Shown: positions 16,069-24,694 of the stretch, one piece after another
How the letters are laid out: each line of letters starts with the position of its first letter
Numbering within the stretch: the first letter of the stretch is position 1
NCBI RefSeq assembly: GCF_000012345.1
Contig: NC_007205.1
Span: forward strand, 300,001-332,000
Length of the DNA: 32,000 nt
Origin: Candidatus Pelagibacter ubique HTCC1062
GTDB taxonomy: Bacteria; Pseudomonadota; Alphaproteobacteria; Pelagibacterales; Pelagibacteraceae
Direction: 5' to 3'
Translations under genes and position numbers: made by a program
Notes under the pieces: generated by a model
Told to the model about the DNA's origin: nothing
Seen by the model: the letters and a program-made list of their open reading frames with translations, nothing else
Databases searched by the model: none

Positions 16069-17679
16069 ATGATTTTAAACAATTCATTTAGTCTTATTAA
16101 AAAAAAAATTCGTCACTTTTATTTAAACTCCTATCTATATAATAAAAAAATTACACCCTCTTCTATTGAGTTACTAGAATATCAGCCAAGCCCTAGCTTG
16201 TTAGATGGCCTTATAAAATATGATAAAAAAAAGATTAACATAGAAAATTATTCGTTAAATGAAATTTGGGATAATCCAAATTTAAAAGAAAAAGACCAAC
16301 AAAATTTAAACAGTTTTTTTTGGCTATTTAGCCTAGATCTTAGATCTTCAAAAAAAGATACTCAAAATGTCATTAATCAATGGATTAATACAAATGACAG
16401 GTACAACTCTAAAAATTGGAAAATTGATATAATTGGAAAAAGAATAATAGCTTGGATTTCAAATTCTAGGCTTACCTATGAAGATGGCAATATAGATTAT
16501 AAAGACAAGTTTAACGGCACTATAAAGAAGCAGATCAATCACCTTATTAATGAAATTGAAACCTCTGAATTAATCGATAATAAAATTATAGGGTGTGCAG
16601 CTATCATTTTAACTGGTCTATCGTACCCTCAAAATAATAATTATTTAAATACTGGGTTAAGTTTACTAAAAAAATTAGCCAAATATTCATTGGATAATGA
16701 TGGCTTTCCAAAATCAAGGAATATTAGACAGTTAAGTTTTTACTTAAAATATTTTATATTAATTAGGGAATGGTTCAAAGAATCTCAAAATGAAATACCA
16801 GATTTTATAAATGAAAATATATATTATTTAGGTCAGGCTTACGCTTTTATTTGGCAAAACAATAAAATAGATTTTCTCTTTAATGGTAATCATAAAACAA
16901 ATAACCATAATTTTGACCTTTATTTAAAAAGACTTGGATATAATTTTAAAAATCAAAATAATGAGCTGGGTGGCTATGTTGTCCTTAATAATAAAAAAAA
17001 TTCTTTAATAATGGATATTGGATCGAGCCCAAATAAAAAATTATCTTCAGATTATCAAGCTGGTGCTTTATCTTTTGAGATTATATCAAATAATAAAAAA
17101 TTAATTAGTAATTGTGGTTATTTTCAAAAAATTGATCATCAATTAAATGAGATATCTAAGTCAAGCGCAGTCCATAGCACACTAATTTTAGATGATAAAT
17201 CCTCTTGTAATTTTAACAAAGTAAGAGGTAAAAAATCTAAAATTAATCAAGAATTAAGAATATTAAAAAAAAAAGTAGTATTTGAAAAAAATTATTGGAA
17301 AATTAATGCTTCTCATGATGGCTATTCAAAACCACTTGGTATTGTTCATGATCGAGAAATAGAATTTTACCCAGAACAATTAAAATTCATTGGCCATGAT
17401 AAAATTATTTCTAACAAGGGTATTAAAAACTTAAAATTTGATATTAGATTTCATTTGGAGCCAAATATTCGATTAATGAAAACTCAAGATGAAAAATCAA
17501 TACTTATTGATCTTGATGGAGAAGGTTGGAAATTTAGCTCAGAAAATTCTAAGATAAATATTGAAGAAGGGTTATATTTTGGAGAAAAAAATTCTTTTAC
17601 AAATAATCAAAATATATTTATTTCAGGAATGACTAATGAAGAAAATCAAACTATAAGATGGGAAATCACAAAATTATAA
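16069..17679 (+). CDS. Heparinase II/III-like family protein (conserved alphaproteobacterial protein of unknown role)
   Basis: 536 aa. The C-terminal segment SSDYQAGALSFEIISNNKKLISNCG....SKSSAVHSTLILDD resembles the Hepar_II_III pattern (HxHxDxLSFEL....G...AHNT..vD). Its position between rpe and purH matches what I recall for other alphaproteobacteria. Confidence 0.5.
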   Translation: MILNNSFSLIKKKIRHFYLNSYLYNKKITPSSIELLEYQPSPSLLDGLIKYDKKKINIENYSLNEIWDNPNLKEKDQQNLNSFFWLFSLDLRSSKKDTQNVINQWINTNDRYNSKNWKIDIIGKRIIAWISNSRLTYEDGNIDYKDKFNGTIKKQINHLINEIETSELIDNKIIGCAAIILTGLSYPQNNNYLNTGLSLLKKLAKYSLDNDGFPKSRNIRQLSFYLKYFILIREWFKESQNEIPDFINENIYYLGQAYAFIWQNNKIDFLFNGNHKTNNHNFDLYLKRLGYNFKNQNNELGGYVVLNNKKNSLIMDIGSSPNKKLSSDYQAGALSFEIISNNKKLISNCGYFQKIDHQLNEISKSSAVHSTLILDDKSSCNFNKVRGKKSKINQELRILKKKVVFEKNYWKINASHDGYSKPLGIVHDREIEFYPEQLKFIGHDKIISNKGIKNLKFDIRFHLEPNIRLMKTQDEKSILIDLDGEGWKFSSENSKINIEEGLYFGEKNSFTNNQNIFISGMTNEENQTIRWEITKL

Positions 17680-19214
17680 TGAAAAAAATAAAAAAAGCTC
17701 TTATTTCAGTATCTGATAAAAAAGATTTAGGCAGTCTTTTAAGAGTTTTAGCGAAATACAAAATTGAATTAATTAGCTCTGGAGGCACCTTTAAAGAAAT
17801 AAAGAAACTTAAATTTAAATGCCAAGAAGTTTCAGAGTATACTGGTTCACCAGAAATTCTTGGTGGAAGAGTTAAAACGCTACACCCAAAAATTCATGCT
17901 GGTATATTAAGTAAAAGAAACGACAAATCTCACACTAAAGAACTAAAAGCTAATCAATATGATGAAATTGACCTTGTTATTGTTAACTTTTATCCTTTTG
18001 AAAAAACTTTAGATCAAACAACCAATCATTCAAAAATAATAGAGAATATTGATGTTGGAGGTCCCACTATGGTTAGGGCAGCTGCCAAAAACTATAACGA
18101 TGTTACTGTTATTACATCCTCAGATCAATATGAAACCTTAATTAATGAATTGGAAAATAATAAAGGATCAACATCTATTGAATTTAGAGAAAAGATGTCT
18201 TTAGAGGCCTTTTCTGAAACAGCTTATTATGATGCTGTAATTTCTAACTATTTTAATAAAATTAAAAAAAACAATTTTCCCAAAAAAAAAATTATTTATG
18301 GAAATTTAATTGAAAAATTAAGATATGGTGAAAATCCACATCAAGAAGCTGCCATTTATTCTAAAACTCAAAATCTTAATATTAAACAAATTCATGGTAA
18401 GCAGTTAAGTTATAATAATTATAATGATATTTTTTCTGCATTAACAATATCAAAATCTTTACCAAAAAACTCCGGAACCGTTATAGTTAAACATGCTAAT
18501 CCTTGTGGTGTTTCGATTAATAAAAATAGTTTGAAAAGTTATAAATTGGCTCTTGCTTCTGATCCAGTTAGCGCTTTTGGAGGAATAGTTTCTTGTAATT
18601 TCAAAATAAATAAAACTCTAGCATTGGAGCTTAATAAAATTTTCTTAGAGGTTATCATTGCTAATGGTTTTCAAGCTGATGCTTTAAAAATTTTAAAAAA
18701 GAAAAAAAATATAAGAATTATTGATGCATCAGAATTTATGATGAAAGATTTAATTAGATTTGGCTCTGTGAATGAATCTATATTAACTCAATCTGAGGAT
18801 TTAAAAGTTTTTGAACCTAAAGATTTTAAAGTTGTTTCAAAACTAAGACCAAATAAATCTCAATTAAAAAATTTAATTTTTGCATTTAATGTTTGTAGAT
18901 ATGTAAAATCAAATGCAATTGTTCTTGCAAGCCAAGAAGCAACTGTTGGTATTGGCTCAGGGCAACCTAGTAGACTTGATAGCTGTCAAATTGCTATAGA
19001 TAAAATGAATAAATTTCAAAACTTAAAAGAAGATATTGTGGCAGCCTCTGATGCATTTTTTCCATTTGTTGATGGTATTGAAAAATTAGTACAATCAGGA
19101 GTTTCAGCTGTAATACAGCCTTCTGGATCAATTAGAGATAAGGAGATAATAAAATTTGCAAACCAAACTGGTACTATTTTAGTTTTCTCTAAAACAAGAC
19201 ATTTTAGACATTAA
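17679..19214 (+). CDS. purH: Bifunctional AICAR transformylase / IMP cyclohydrolase
   Basis: ALISVSDKK, SSGGT, GGRVKTLHPKIH.GIL, DLVIVNFYPF, IDVGGPTM.RAAAKN, VKH.NPCG, GSGQPSR.DS, ASDAFFPF. Start set at Met8 (17679), giving a TAATG junction with the upstream gene. Confidence 0.95.
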   Translation: MKKIKKALISVSDKKDLGSLLRVLAKYKIELISSGGTFKEIKKLKFKCQEVSEYTGSPEILGGRVKTLHPKIHAGILSKRNDKSHTKELKANQYDEIDLVIVNFYPFEKTLDQTTNHSKIIENIDVGGPTMVRAAAKNYNDVTVITSSDQYETLINELENNKGSTSIEFREKMSLEAFSETAYYDAVISNYFNKIKKNNFPKKKIIYGNLIEKLRYGENPHQEAAIYSKTQNLNIKQIHGKQLSYNNYNDIFSALTISKSLPKNSGTVIVKHANPCGVSINKNSLKSYKLALASDPVSAFGGIVSCNFKINKTLALELNKIFLEVIIANGFQADALKILKKKKNIRIIDASEFMMKDLIRFGSVNESILTQSEDLKVFEPKDFKVVSKLRPNKSQLKNLIFAFNVCRYVKSNAIVLASQEATVGIGSGQPSRLDSCQIAIDKMNKFQNLKEDIVAASDAFFPFVDGIEKLVQSGVSAVIQPSGSIRDKEIIKFANQTGTILVFSKTRHFRH

Positions 19215-19548
19215 AAATTTGATCAATTTTTGCTGCTAAAATAAAATCATTTTCTGACAATCCTTCAATAGCATGAGTAGTAATTATAATTTTAGCATAT
19301 CCCCAACCAAAAGAAATATCTGGATGATGATTTTCATTTTCAGATATTTCACCAACTTTATTTATAAAATTTTGACTATTAACAAAATTCTTAAAAATAA
19401 AATTTTTCTCTAAAAAATATATTTCTTTTGTATTTTTTTTAACATCCCAACCATCAACTTTTTTTTGATATTTATGAATTTCACTAATATCAAAAGGTAA
19501 AATTCCACCCTCACATGGTACACATTTTTTATTAAGTAAATCACTCAT
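19204..19548 (-). CDS. phhB: Pterin-4-alpha-carbinolamine dehydratase (PCD/DCoH family)
   Basis: KCVPCEGG near the N-terminus, NHHPDI core and THA...LS.NDF.LA.KID. 114 aa. Confidence 0.85.
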   Translation of the reverse strand: MSDLLNKKCVPCEGGILPFDISEIHKYQKKVDGWDVKKNTKEIYFLEKNFIFKNFVNSQNFINKVGEISENENHHPDISFGWGYAKIIITTHAIEGLSENDFILAAKIDQIFNV

Positions 19549-19570
19549 TGATTAATATGTTTTAAAATTT

Positions 19571-19645
19571 TGGAGCGGGTCAAGGGAATCGAACCCTCTA
19601 CCTAATCGTTGGCAACGATTCGCTCTACCAATGAGCTAGACCCGC
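19571..19645 (-). tRNA. tRNA-Gly (anticodon GCC), CCA encoded
   Basis: The reverse complement folds as a cloverleaf: acceptor GCGGGTC/GACCCGC, D arm GCTC-ATTGGTA-GAGC, anticodon arm AATCG-TTGCCAA-CGATT (GCC at positions 34-36), T arm GAGGG-TTCGATT-CCCTT, discriminator T and CCA. 75 nt. Confidence 0.93.
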
Positions 19646-19656
19646 TTATAAAAGAC

Positions 19657-19685
19657 ACTATAAATAGATGGTTTTTTTAGTTCAA
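19657..19685 (-). promoter_or_regulatory. Sigma-70-type promoter for tRNA-Gly (and probably phhB)
   Basis: On the minus strand: TTGAAC (19685-19680), a 17-nt spacer, then TATAGT (19662-19657), ending 11 nt before the mature tRNA 5' end. Confidence 0.5.
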
Positions 19686-19742
19686 TCAATAATAAAGTGT
19701 TTCATTGGTATATAGATTTTCAAAAATTTGCTAAAAGAAAGA

Positions 19743-20384
19743 ATGAAAAAACAAGATTTACCAAAAACTATCCCTGTATTTCCATTAAGTAACTTTATTA
19801 TATTTCCTCATACAACAGTTCCATTAAATATATTTGAACCAAGATATATTGAAATGATTAATGATAGTATGAAAACAAACAAGATGATTGGTTTGATTCA
19901 ACCAAAAAATAATGATGATAGTTCAATCCCTGGTCTTCATAAGGTTGGCTGTTTAGGTAAAATAACCAATTTTAAAGATACATCAGATGGCAGATATATG
20001 ATTGATCTAAATGGTATAACGCGGTTTGAAGTAACTAAAGAAATTAAAAGTTCAAAACCTTATCGTATTTGCGAAACTACTTATGATAATTTTGAGCTAG
20101 ATTTAACTTCTGAAAAAAAGAAATTAAAACTTTCTGATCTAGAGCCAATATTTAAAGATTTAAAATTATTATTTGAAAAAAAAGGATATATTATAAATTG
20201 GAAATCTTTAGAGAAACAAGATTTGAATGAAACGATAAATGCTCTAGCAATGGCATCTCCTTTTTCACTAGAAGAGAAACAAATTTTATTAGAAAGTAAG
20301 AATTTAGAAGCAAGAAAAGATAAAATTTCTGAAATACTGAGTACTTACAGTTTTGATGATTTTCACAATACAACTATTCAGTAG
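19743..20384 (+). CDS. LON N-terminal (substrate-binding, PUA-like) domain protein, stand-alone
   Basis: IPVFPLSNFIIFPHTTVPLNIFEPRYIEMI is the hallmark start of the Lon N domain. No AAA+ or protease domain follows. I prefer the ATG at 19743 over the TTG at 19728 used in the track. Confidence 0.8.
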   Translation: MKKQDLPKTIPVFPLSNFIIFPHTTVPLNIFEPRYIEMINDSMKTNKMIGLIQPKNNDDSSIPGLHKVGCLGKITNFKDTSDGRYMIDLNGITRFEVTKEIKSSKPYRICETTYDNFELDLTSEKKKLKLSDLEPIFKDLKLLFEKKGYIINWKSLEKQDLNETINALAMASPFSLEEKQILLESKNLEARKDKISEILSTYSFDDFHNTTIQ

Positions 20385-20386
20385 AC

Positions 20387-21481
20387 TTAAAAATTTATTC
20401 CTACATCAGCTAGTTTAATAAAATAATTATTTAGATTTTTATTTTTTCCAATGTTTTTAATAATTTTGCTAAAGCTTTTATTTTGAACTTTTTTATCTAA
20501 ATTGAAAGATTCATAAATTAAGTCTATGGCTTTAGAAAAAACAAAGTTTTTATCCTTCGTTTTTTTTTCAAATTCATCAAATATTTGTGAATCTAATTGC
20601 ATACCCAATTCAATTTTGTCTTCAATAATTTTAGTTAGAATTCTAAGATCTCGTATTGTCATATTAAATCCCTGTCCTGCTAATGGGTGCACTCTGTGAA
20701 GCATGTCTCCAAAAGCTAAGATATTTTTATGATAATAGTTTCTTAAATTTGAAGAACTCAACTCAAAACTATTTAATTTATCAATTTTGTTAATTAGATA
20801 TTTGGGGTTATTTTTATTAATTAAATCTATTACATCGCTATTATCAAATTTTTTATTCTTAATATCCATTGAGTATACTACAGATGTTTCGGTGCTAGAG
20901 ATTGGTAAAAATGCAATTGGACCTTGCTTTGTAAAAATTTGAGTTGCTGTATTATTCTCTATTTTTTTATGTTTTAAAATAGTGGTATAAGCAAGATTAT
21001 AATAATTTTTACTAATTTTTTTTGTAAAGTACTTTTTCGCTAAAAAATTATTTGCATCACAATTTATTATTAAATCATATCCTTTTTTATTTAAAAACTC
21101 CTCATTTATATTTTTGCTTAATATTATTTTTTTAAAAAATTTATTTTTAATAAGGTTACTATTTAACGATTTTAGAAGCTCATCATTTTTTATAATATAA
21201 AATAGATCATTTTTATCATTTTCAAATTTTAATAAATTTTCTGTATCAATTTTATCAGTATAAATTTCTATTCTATTTATTTTCCAGTAATTATTTTTTG
21301 AAATTTGAAAAATTTTTTCTTTGAAAAATTCAAAATTACTTTTGGATATTCCTATTGTTCTATTGGAGGAAAAATTACTATTTTTACTCTTATAATAATA
21401 ATGAACATTTATTTTTTTATTTATAAGGCTTTTAGCTAAAGATAGAGCAGTTAGACCTTCACCAATAATACAAACATTCAT
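20387..21481 (-). CDS. FAD-dependent monooxygenase, UbiH/UbiF/Coq6 family (ubiquinone ring hydroxylase-like)
   Basis: N-terminal dinucleotide fold MNVCIIGEGLTALSLA and the C-terminal family motif AFGDMLHRVHPLAGQGFNMTIRDL. Start moved to Met14 (21481). Confidence 0.72.
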   Translation of the reverse strand: MNVCIIGEGLTALSLAKSLINKKINVHYYYKSKNSNFSSNRTIGISKSNFEFFKEKIFQISKNNYWKINRIEIYTDKIDTENLLKFENDKNDLFYIIKNDELLKSLNSNLIKNKFFKKIILSKNINEEFLNKKGYDLIINCDANNFLAKKYFTKKISKNYYNLAYTTILKHKKIENNTATQIFTKQGPIAFLPISSTETSVVYSMDIKNKKFDNSDVIDLINKNNPKYLINKIDKLNSFELSSSNLRNYYHKNILAFGDMLHRVHPLAGQGFNMTIRDLRILTKIIEDKIELGMQLDSQIFDEFEKKTKDKNFVFSKAIDLIYESFNLDKKVQNKSFSKIIKNIGKNKNLNNYFIKLADVGINF

Positions 21482-21545
21482 AATAATTTTAATTTTAACA
21501 ATAAAAATTAGATGATACAAAGTGATTAATTAGACTCATTTATTT

Positions 21546-23636
21546 ATGGAATTTAAAAAATTAGCCAACAATACAATTAATTTCGGTATAAACAGAATTA
21601 TAGAAACTGCTGGAATTGCTTTTGTTATAATTGGTCTTCTTTTGTTGGTTTCCCTTGCAACTTTTTCTCCCGATGACCCTAATTTTATTTTCCCAGATAA
21701 TACAGAAATTAAAAATTTGCTTGGTTTTAATGGAAGTTACACAGCTGATCTTTTTTTTCAAACCTTTGGACTCATTTCTTTATTAATTCCATTTACGCTC
21801 ATATTTTCTGGCATAAATATAGTTCTGAATAAGAAAATTTTTTTGATATTTGAAAGTATTTTTTATTCAGTTCTTTATTCTTCATTTGGTTCTTTATTTT
21901 TTTCTTTTTTTTACCCTACTGCCTTCAACCTTTATATTAATGGAAATGGTGGTTTTATTGGAAAATATTTAGAAACAACTTTTTTAACTTCTTTAATTAA
22001 TATTAATTCTCAAATTTCTTATTACTTTTTAATTTTAATTATTTTAGTTTTATTTTTAATTAGTATTCATTTTAAAATTATTTATTTTTATAAATTAATA
22101 AAAAAACTTTTTAAATTAATCTTTATAAAAAAAGAAAAGAGTTATACTAATGAAAATGAGATAATTAGTGAATTTATACCACAAGAAGAAATTACAAATT
22201 TAATTCAAGAAGATTTACCTTTTATAAAAAGTGAAAATAAATCTCCAAGTAAAAAAATTCGCTTCAAACTACCTACTATCGACTTACTTAAAATCCCAAC
22301 ACAAAAAGATAGGGGAAAACTAAAAGATGAAGATTATATTGATAGTGAATTTTTAGAAAAAATCTTATTAGATTTTGGGGTTAGTGGGGATATAAAGAAG
22401 GTTAGTCATGGCCCTGTAGTAACACTAAATGAATTTGAGCCAGCAGCAGGTGTTAAAGTATCAAAAATTATTAATCTTTCAGATGATATTGCTCGGAATA
22501 CTAGCTCTGAATCTGCAAGAATTGCTACTATTCCAGGACGTAGCACCATCGGTATAGAGCTTCCAAATTCTAGTCGTGAGAATGTTTATTTAAGTGAAAT
22601 ACTCTCTAACTCTGATTTTAATAAAAAAGATATTCGATTACCAATTGCACTTGGCAAGAACATTTCTGGTGTTCCTATTGTTGGAGACTTAGCTTCTATG
22701 CCTCATTTATTAATTGCTGGAACTACTGGATCAGGTAAATCTGTTTGTATAAATACTATTATCTTGTCGTTACTCTACAGGCACACACCAGACAAATGTA
22801 AGTTCATACTCATCGATCCTAAAATGCTTGAACTATCAACCTATGAAGGCATACCTCACTTATTGTGTCCTGTGATTACTGAGGCAAAAAAAGCTGCTTC
22901 TGTCTTAGGTTGGGTTGTTAAAGAGATGGAAAATAGATACCGACTTATGACCAAAGAAGGAGTTCGTAATATTGATGGCTATAATGCTAAGCATACTTTG
23001 GCTATGCCCTATATTGTTGTTGTAGTAGATGAAATGTCTGACCTAATGCTTGTTGCTGGTAAAGAAATAGAAAATTATATTCAAAAATTATCACAAATGG
23101 CAAGAGCTGCTGGAATTCACATTATAATGGCCACACAAAGACCAAGTGTTGATGTTATTACAGGAACTATTAAAGCAAATTTTCCAACCAGAATATCTTT
23201 TCAGGTAACCTCAAAAATAGATAGTAGAACAATTTTAGGCGAACAAGGTGCAGAGCAACTACTTGGCAAGGGAGATATGCTTTATATGTCTTCAGCAAAT
23301 AGGATCGTTAGAATTCATGCTCCATTTGTATCTGAAACTGAAATTGAAAAAGTTAATAATTATTTAAGAAGTCAAGCAGAGCCAGATTATATAGATGAAA
23401 TCCTAAATTTCGCTGATGAGAAAGAATTGAGTGGAGAAACTTCTAGCTCTGGAGATAAAGATGAGTTGTACCAGGCTGCACTTGATATCATTAAATCAGA
23501 GGGCAAGGCATCTACTTCATTTTTACAAAGAAAATTGCAAATAGGGTATAATAGAGCTGCAAGAATTATTGATATGATGGAAGCTGACGGGGTTGTGAGT
23601 AAAGCTAATCATGTTGGTAAAAGAGATGTGCTTTAA
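21546..23636 (+). CDS. ftsK: DNA translocase FtsK
   Basis: N-terminal multi-TM domain, linker, motor domain with Walker A GTTGSGKSV and Walker B VVVVDE, ATQRPSVDVITG, and a C-terminal winged-helix gamma domain SFLQRKLQIGYNRAARIID.ME..GVV. Confidence 0.95.
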   Translation: MEFKKLANNTINFGINRIIETAGIAFVIIGLLLLVSLATFSPDDPNFIFPDNTEIKNLLGFNGSYTADLFFQTFGLISLLIPFTLIFSGINIVLNKKIFLIFESIFYSVLYSSFGSLFFSFFYPTAFNLYINGNGGFIGKYLETTFLTSLININSQISYYFLILIILVLFLISIHFKIIYFYKLIKKLFKLIFIKKEKSYTNENEIISEFIPQEEITNLIQEDLPFIKSENKSPSKKIRFKLPTIDLLKIPTQKDRGKLKDEDYIDSEFLEKILLDFGVSGDIKKVSHGPVVTLNEFEPAAGVKVSKIINLSDDIARNTSSESARIATIPGRSTIGIELPNSSRENVYLSEILSNSDFNKKDIRLPIALGKNISGVPIVGDLASMPHLLIAGTTGSGKSVCINTIILSLLYRHTPDKCKFILIDPKMLELSTYEGIPHLLCPVITEAKKAASVLGWVVKEMENRYRLMTKEGVRNIDGYNAKHTLAMPYIVVVVDEMSDLMLVAGKEIENYIQKLSQMARAAGIHIIMATQRPSVDVITGTIKANFPTRISFQVTSKIDSRTILGEQGAEQLLGKGDMLYMSSANRIVRIHAPFVSETEIEKVNNYLRSQAEPDYIDEILNFADEKELSGETSSSGDKDELYQAALDIIKSEGKASTSFLQRKLQIGYNRAARIIDMMEADGVVSKANHVGKRDVL

Positions 23637-24190
23637 TGCTTAAAGTAATAATCATCTTATTGTTTTTCAGTTTTTATCTTCCAGGCAACTCATCCCCAAA
23701 AGATAAAATAATTTCGCAAATGAAACTTACTAATAATTTAAATTTTAATTTCAAACAAACCATTAATGATAAAAGTGAAGATGGAAAATGTATCATTGAA
23801 TATCCTAAAAAAATTTTTTGTGTATACAATAATGCTAATAAAAAAATTTTAGTTTCAAATGGAAGTTCTTTAGTTATTGAGACTAATAATAAAGGAAGTT
23901 ATTATCGTTACCCACTTAACAAAACTCCTTTAGAATTTTTACTAGATAAAGAATATCTAATTTCTAAGATAGAAAAACTGGAACCAAGGGATATCGACAA
24001 TAAGTATTTAAATTTTAAAATTTTTGAGAATAATAATGAAATTAATATTTTTTTTGATAAGAAAGATTTAAATTTGATTGGATGGCAAACTAAAGATATT
24101 TATCAAAATTTATCAATAACATTTATTTCTTCTATCAAAAAAAACCAAGAGATAGATGGAAATATTTTTAAATTACCTGAAAATAATTAA
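23636..24190 (+). CDS. lolA: LolA-like outer-membrane lipoprotein carrier
   Basis: Signal peptide MLKVIIILLFFSF, F.F.Q pattern (NFNFKQTIN), about 180 aa. TAATG junction with ftsK, which is the conserved ftsK-lolA arrangement. Confidence 0.6.
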   Translation: MLKVIIILLFFSFYLPGNSSPKDKIISQMKLTNNLNFNFKQTINDKSEDGKCIIEYPKKIFCVYNNANKKILVSNGSSLVIETNNKGSYYRYPLNKTPLEFLLDKEYLISKIEKLEPRDIDNKYLNFKIFENNNEINIFFDKKDLNLIGWQTKDIYQNLSITFISSIKKNQEIDGNIFKLPENN

Positions 24191-24694
24191 TCATCTAATT
24201 AAGGTTTCAGACTTAAAATTTTTCATACCTCTAGCTAGATAATTTTTTAACGCATTTTTGTGATCTAGAGAACAAGTGTGAAGCCAAACTCTTACACCAC
24301 CCATATTAAATGAGCATTTAATTGCCTCACTTAATAAATATCCTCCTAATTTTTTTCCAAAATATTCTTCTAAAATTCCAAAATAAGCAATTTCAGCTTC
24401 TTTGCTTTGTTTATTAAATAACAGTTCAAAATAGCCAGCTATTTCACCTTTATCTTTAAGAATGTATGTAAATAACTGATCATTAGAAACATAATCTGTC
24501 CATTTTAAATCTGTCCAAATAAGTCTATCAATCCATTGACAATTCTTACCAATGGATTTGTAAAAAAATTTATTTAATTGAAAATCTTTTGGTTCTACAA
24601 GCTCTACAGAATAATTCTCTGCAGGCCTCTTAACTTCTTTTAATTCATCTAGAGATCTTATCTCTAAATAACTTCGATAAATTTTTTCTGTCAC
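24191..24694 (-). CDS. GNAT-family N-acetyltransferase
   Basis: GNAT motif A region FGILEEYFGKKLGGYLLSEAI and the C-terminal HTCSLDHKNALKNYLARGM pattern. ATGA overlap with the upstream HIT gene. Confidence 0.72.
   Translation of the reverse strand: MTEKIYRSYLEIRSLDELKEVKRPAENYSVELVEPKDFQLNKFFYKSIGKNCQWIDRLIWTDLKWTDYVSNDQLFTYILKDKGEIAGYFELLFNKQSKEAEIAYFGILEEYFGKKLGGYLLSEAIKCSFNMGGVRVWLHTCSLDHKNALKNYLARGMKNFKSETLIR

Noticed and set aside
19571-19645. tRNA-Gly as an integration hotspot flanked by a genomic island
   Set aside because: There is no integrase, no phage or IS genes, and I saw no direct repeat of the tRNA 3' end nearby. Both flanks are conserved housekeeping genes (phhB/purH and Lon-N/ubiH-like).
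1542-21520. Longer N-terminal extensions implied by the ORF-track starts at 1542, 4611, 17658, 19728 and 21520
   Set aside because: In each case an internal start reproduces the canonical family N-terminus or a signal peptide and removes an implausible overlap with the neighbouring gene. The internal starts are GTG 1572, ATG 4551, ATG 17679, ATG 19743 and ATG 21481.
21482-21545. CtrA-type TTAA-N7-TTAA boxes in the ubiH-like/ftsK spacer and other divergent spacers
   Set aside because: TTAA half-sites are abundant, but none that I checked has the required 7-nt spacing (for example a start-to-start offset of 6 nt (2-nt gap) at 21493-21502).
24184-24201. Hairpin TAATTA-atcatc-TAATTA at the lolA/GNAT convergent junction, considered as a bidirectional terminator
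   Set aside because: The 6-bp stem is A-T only with negligible stability, and no U-tract context distinguishes it from background.
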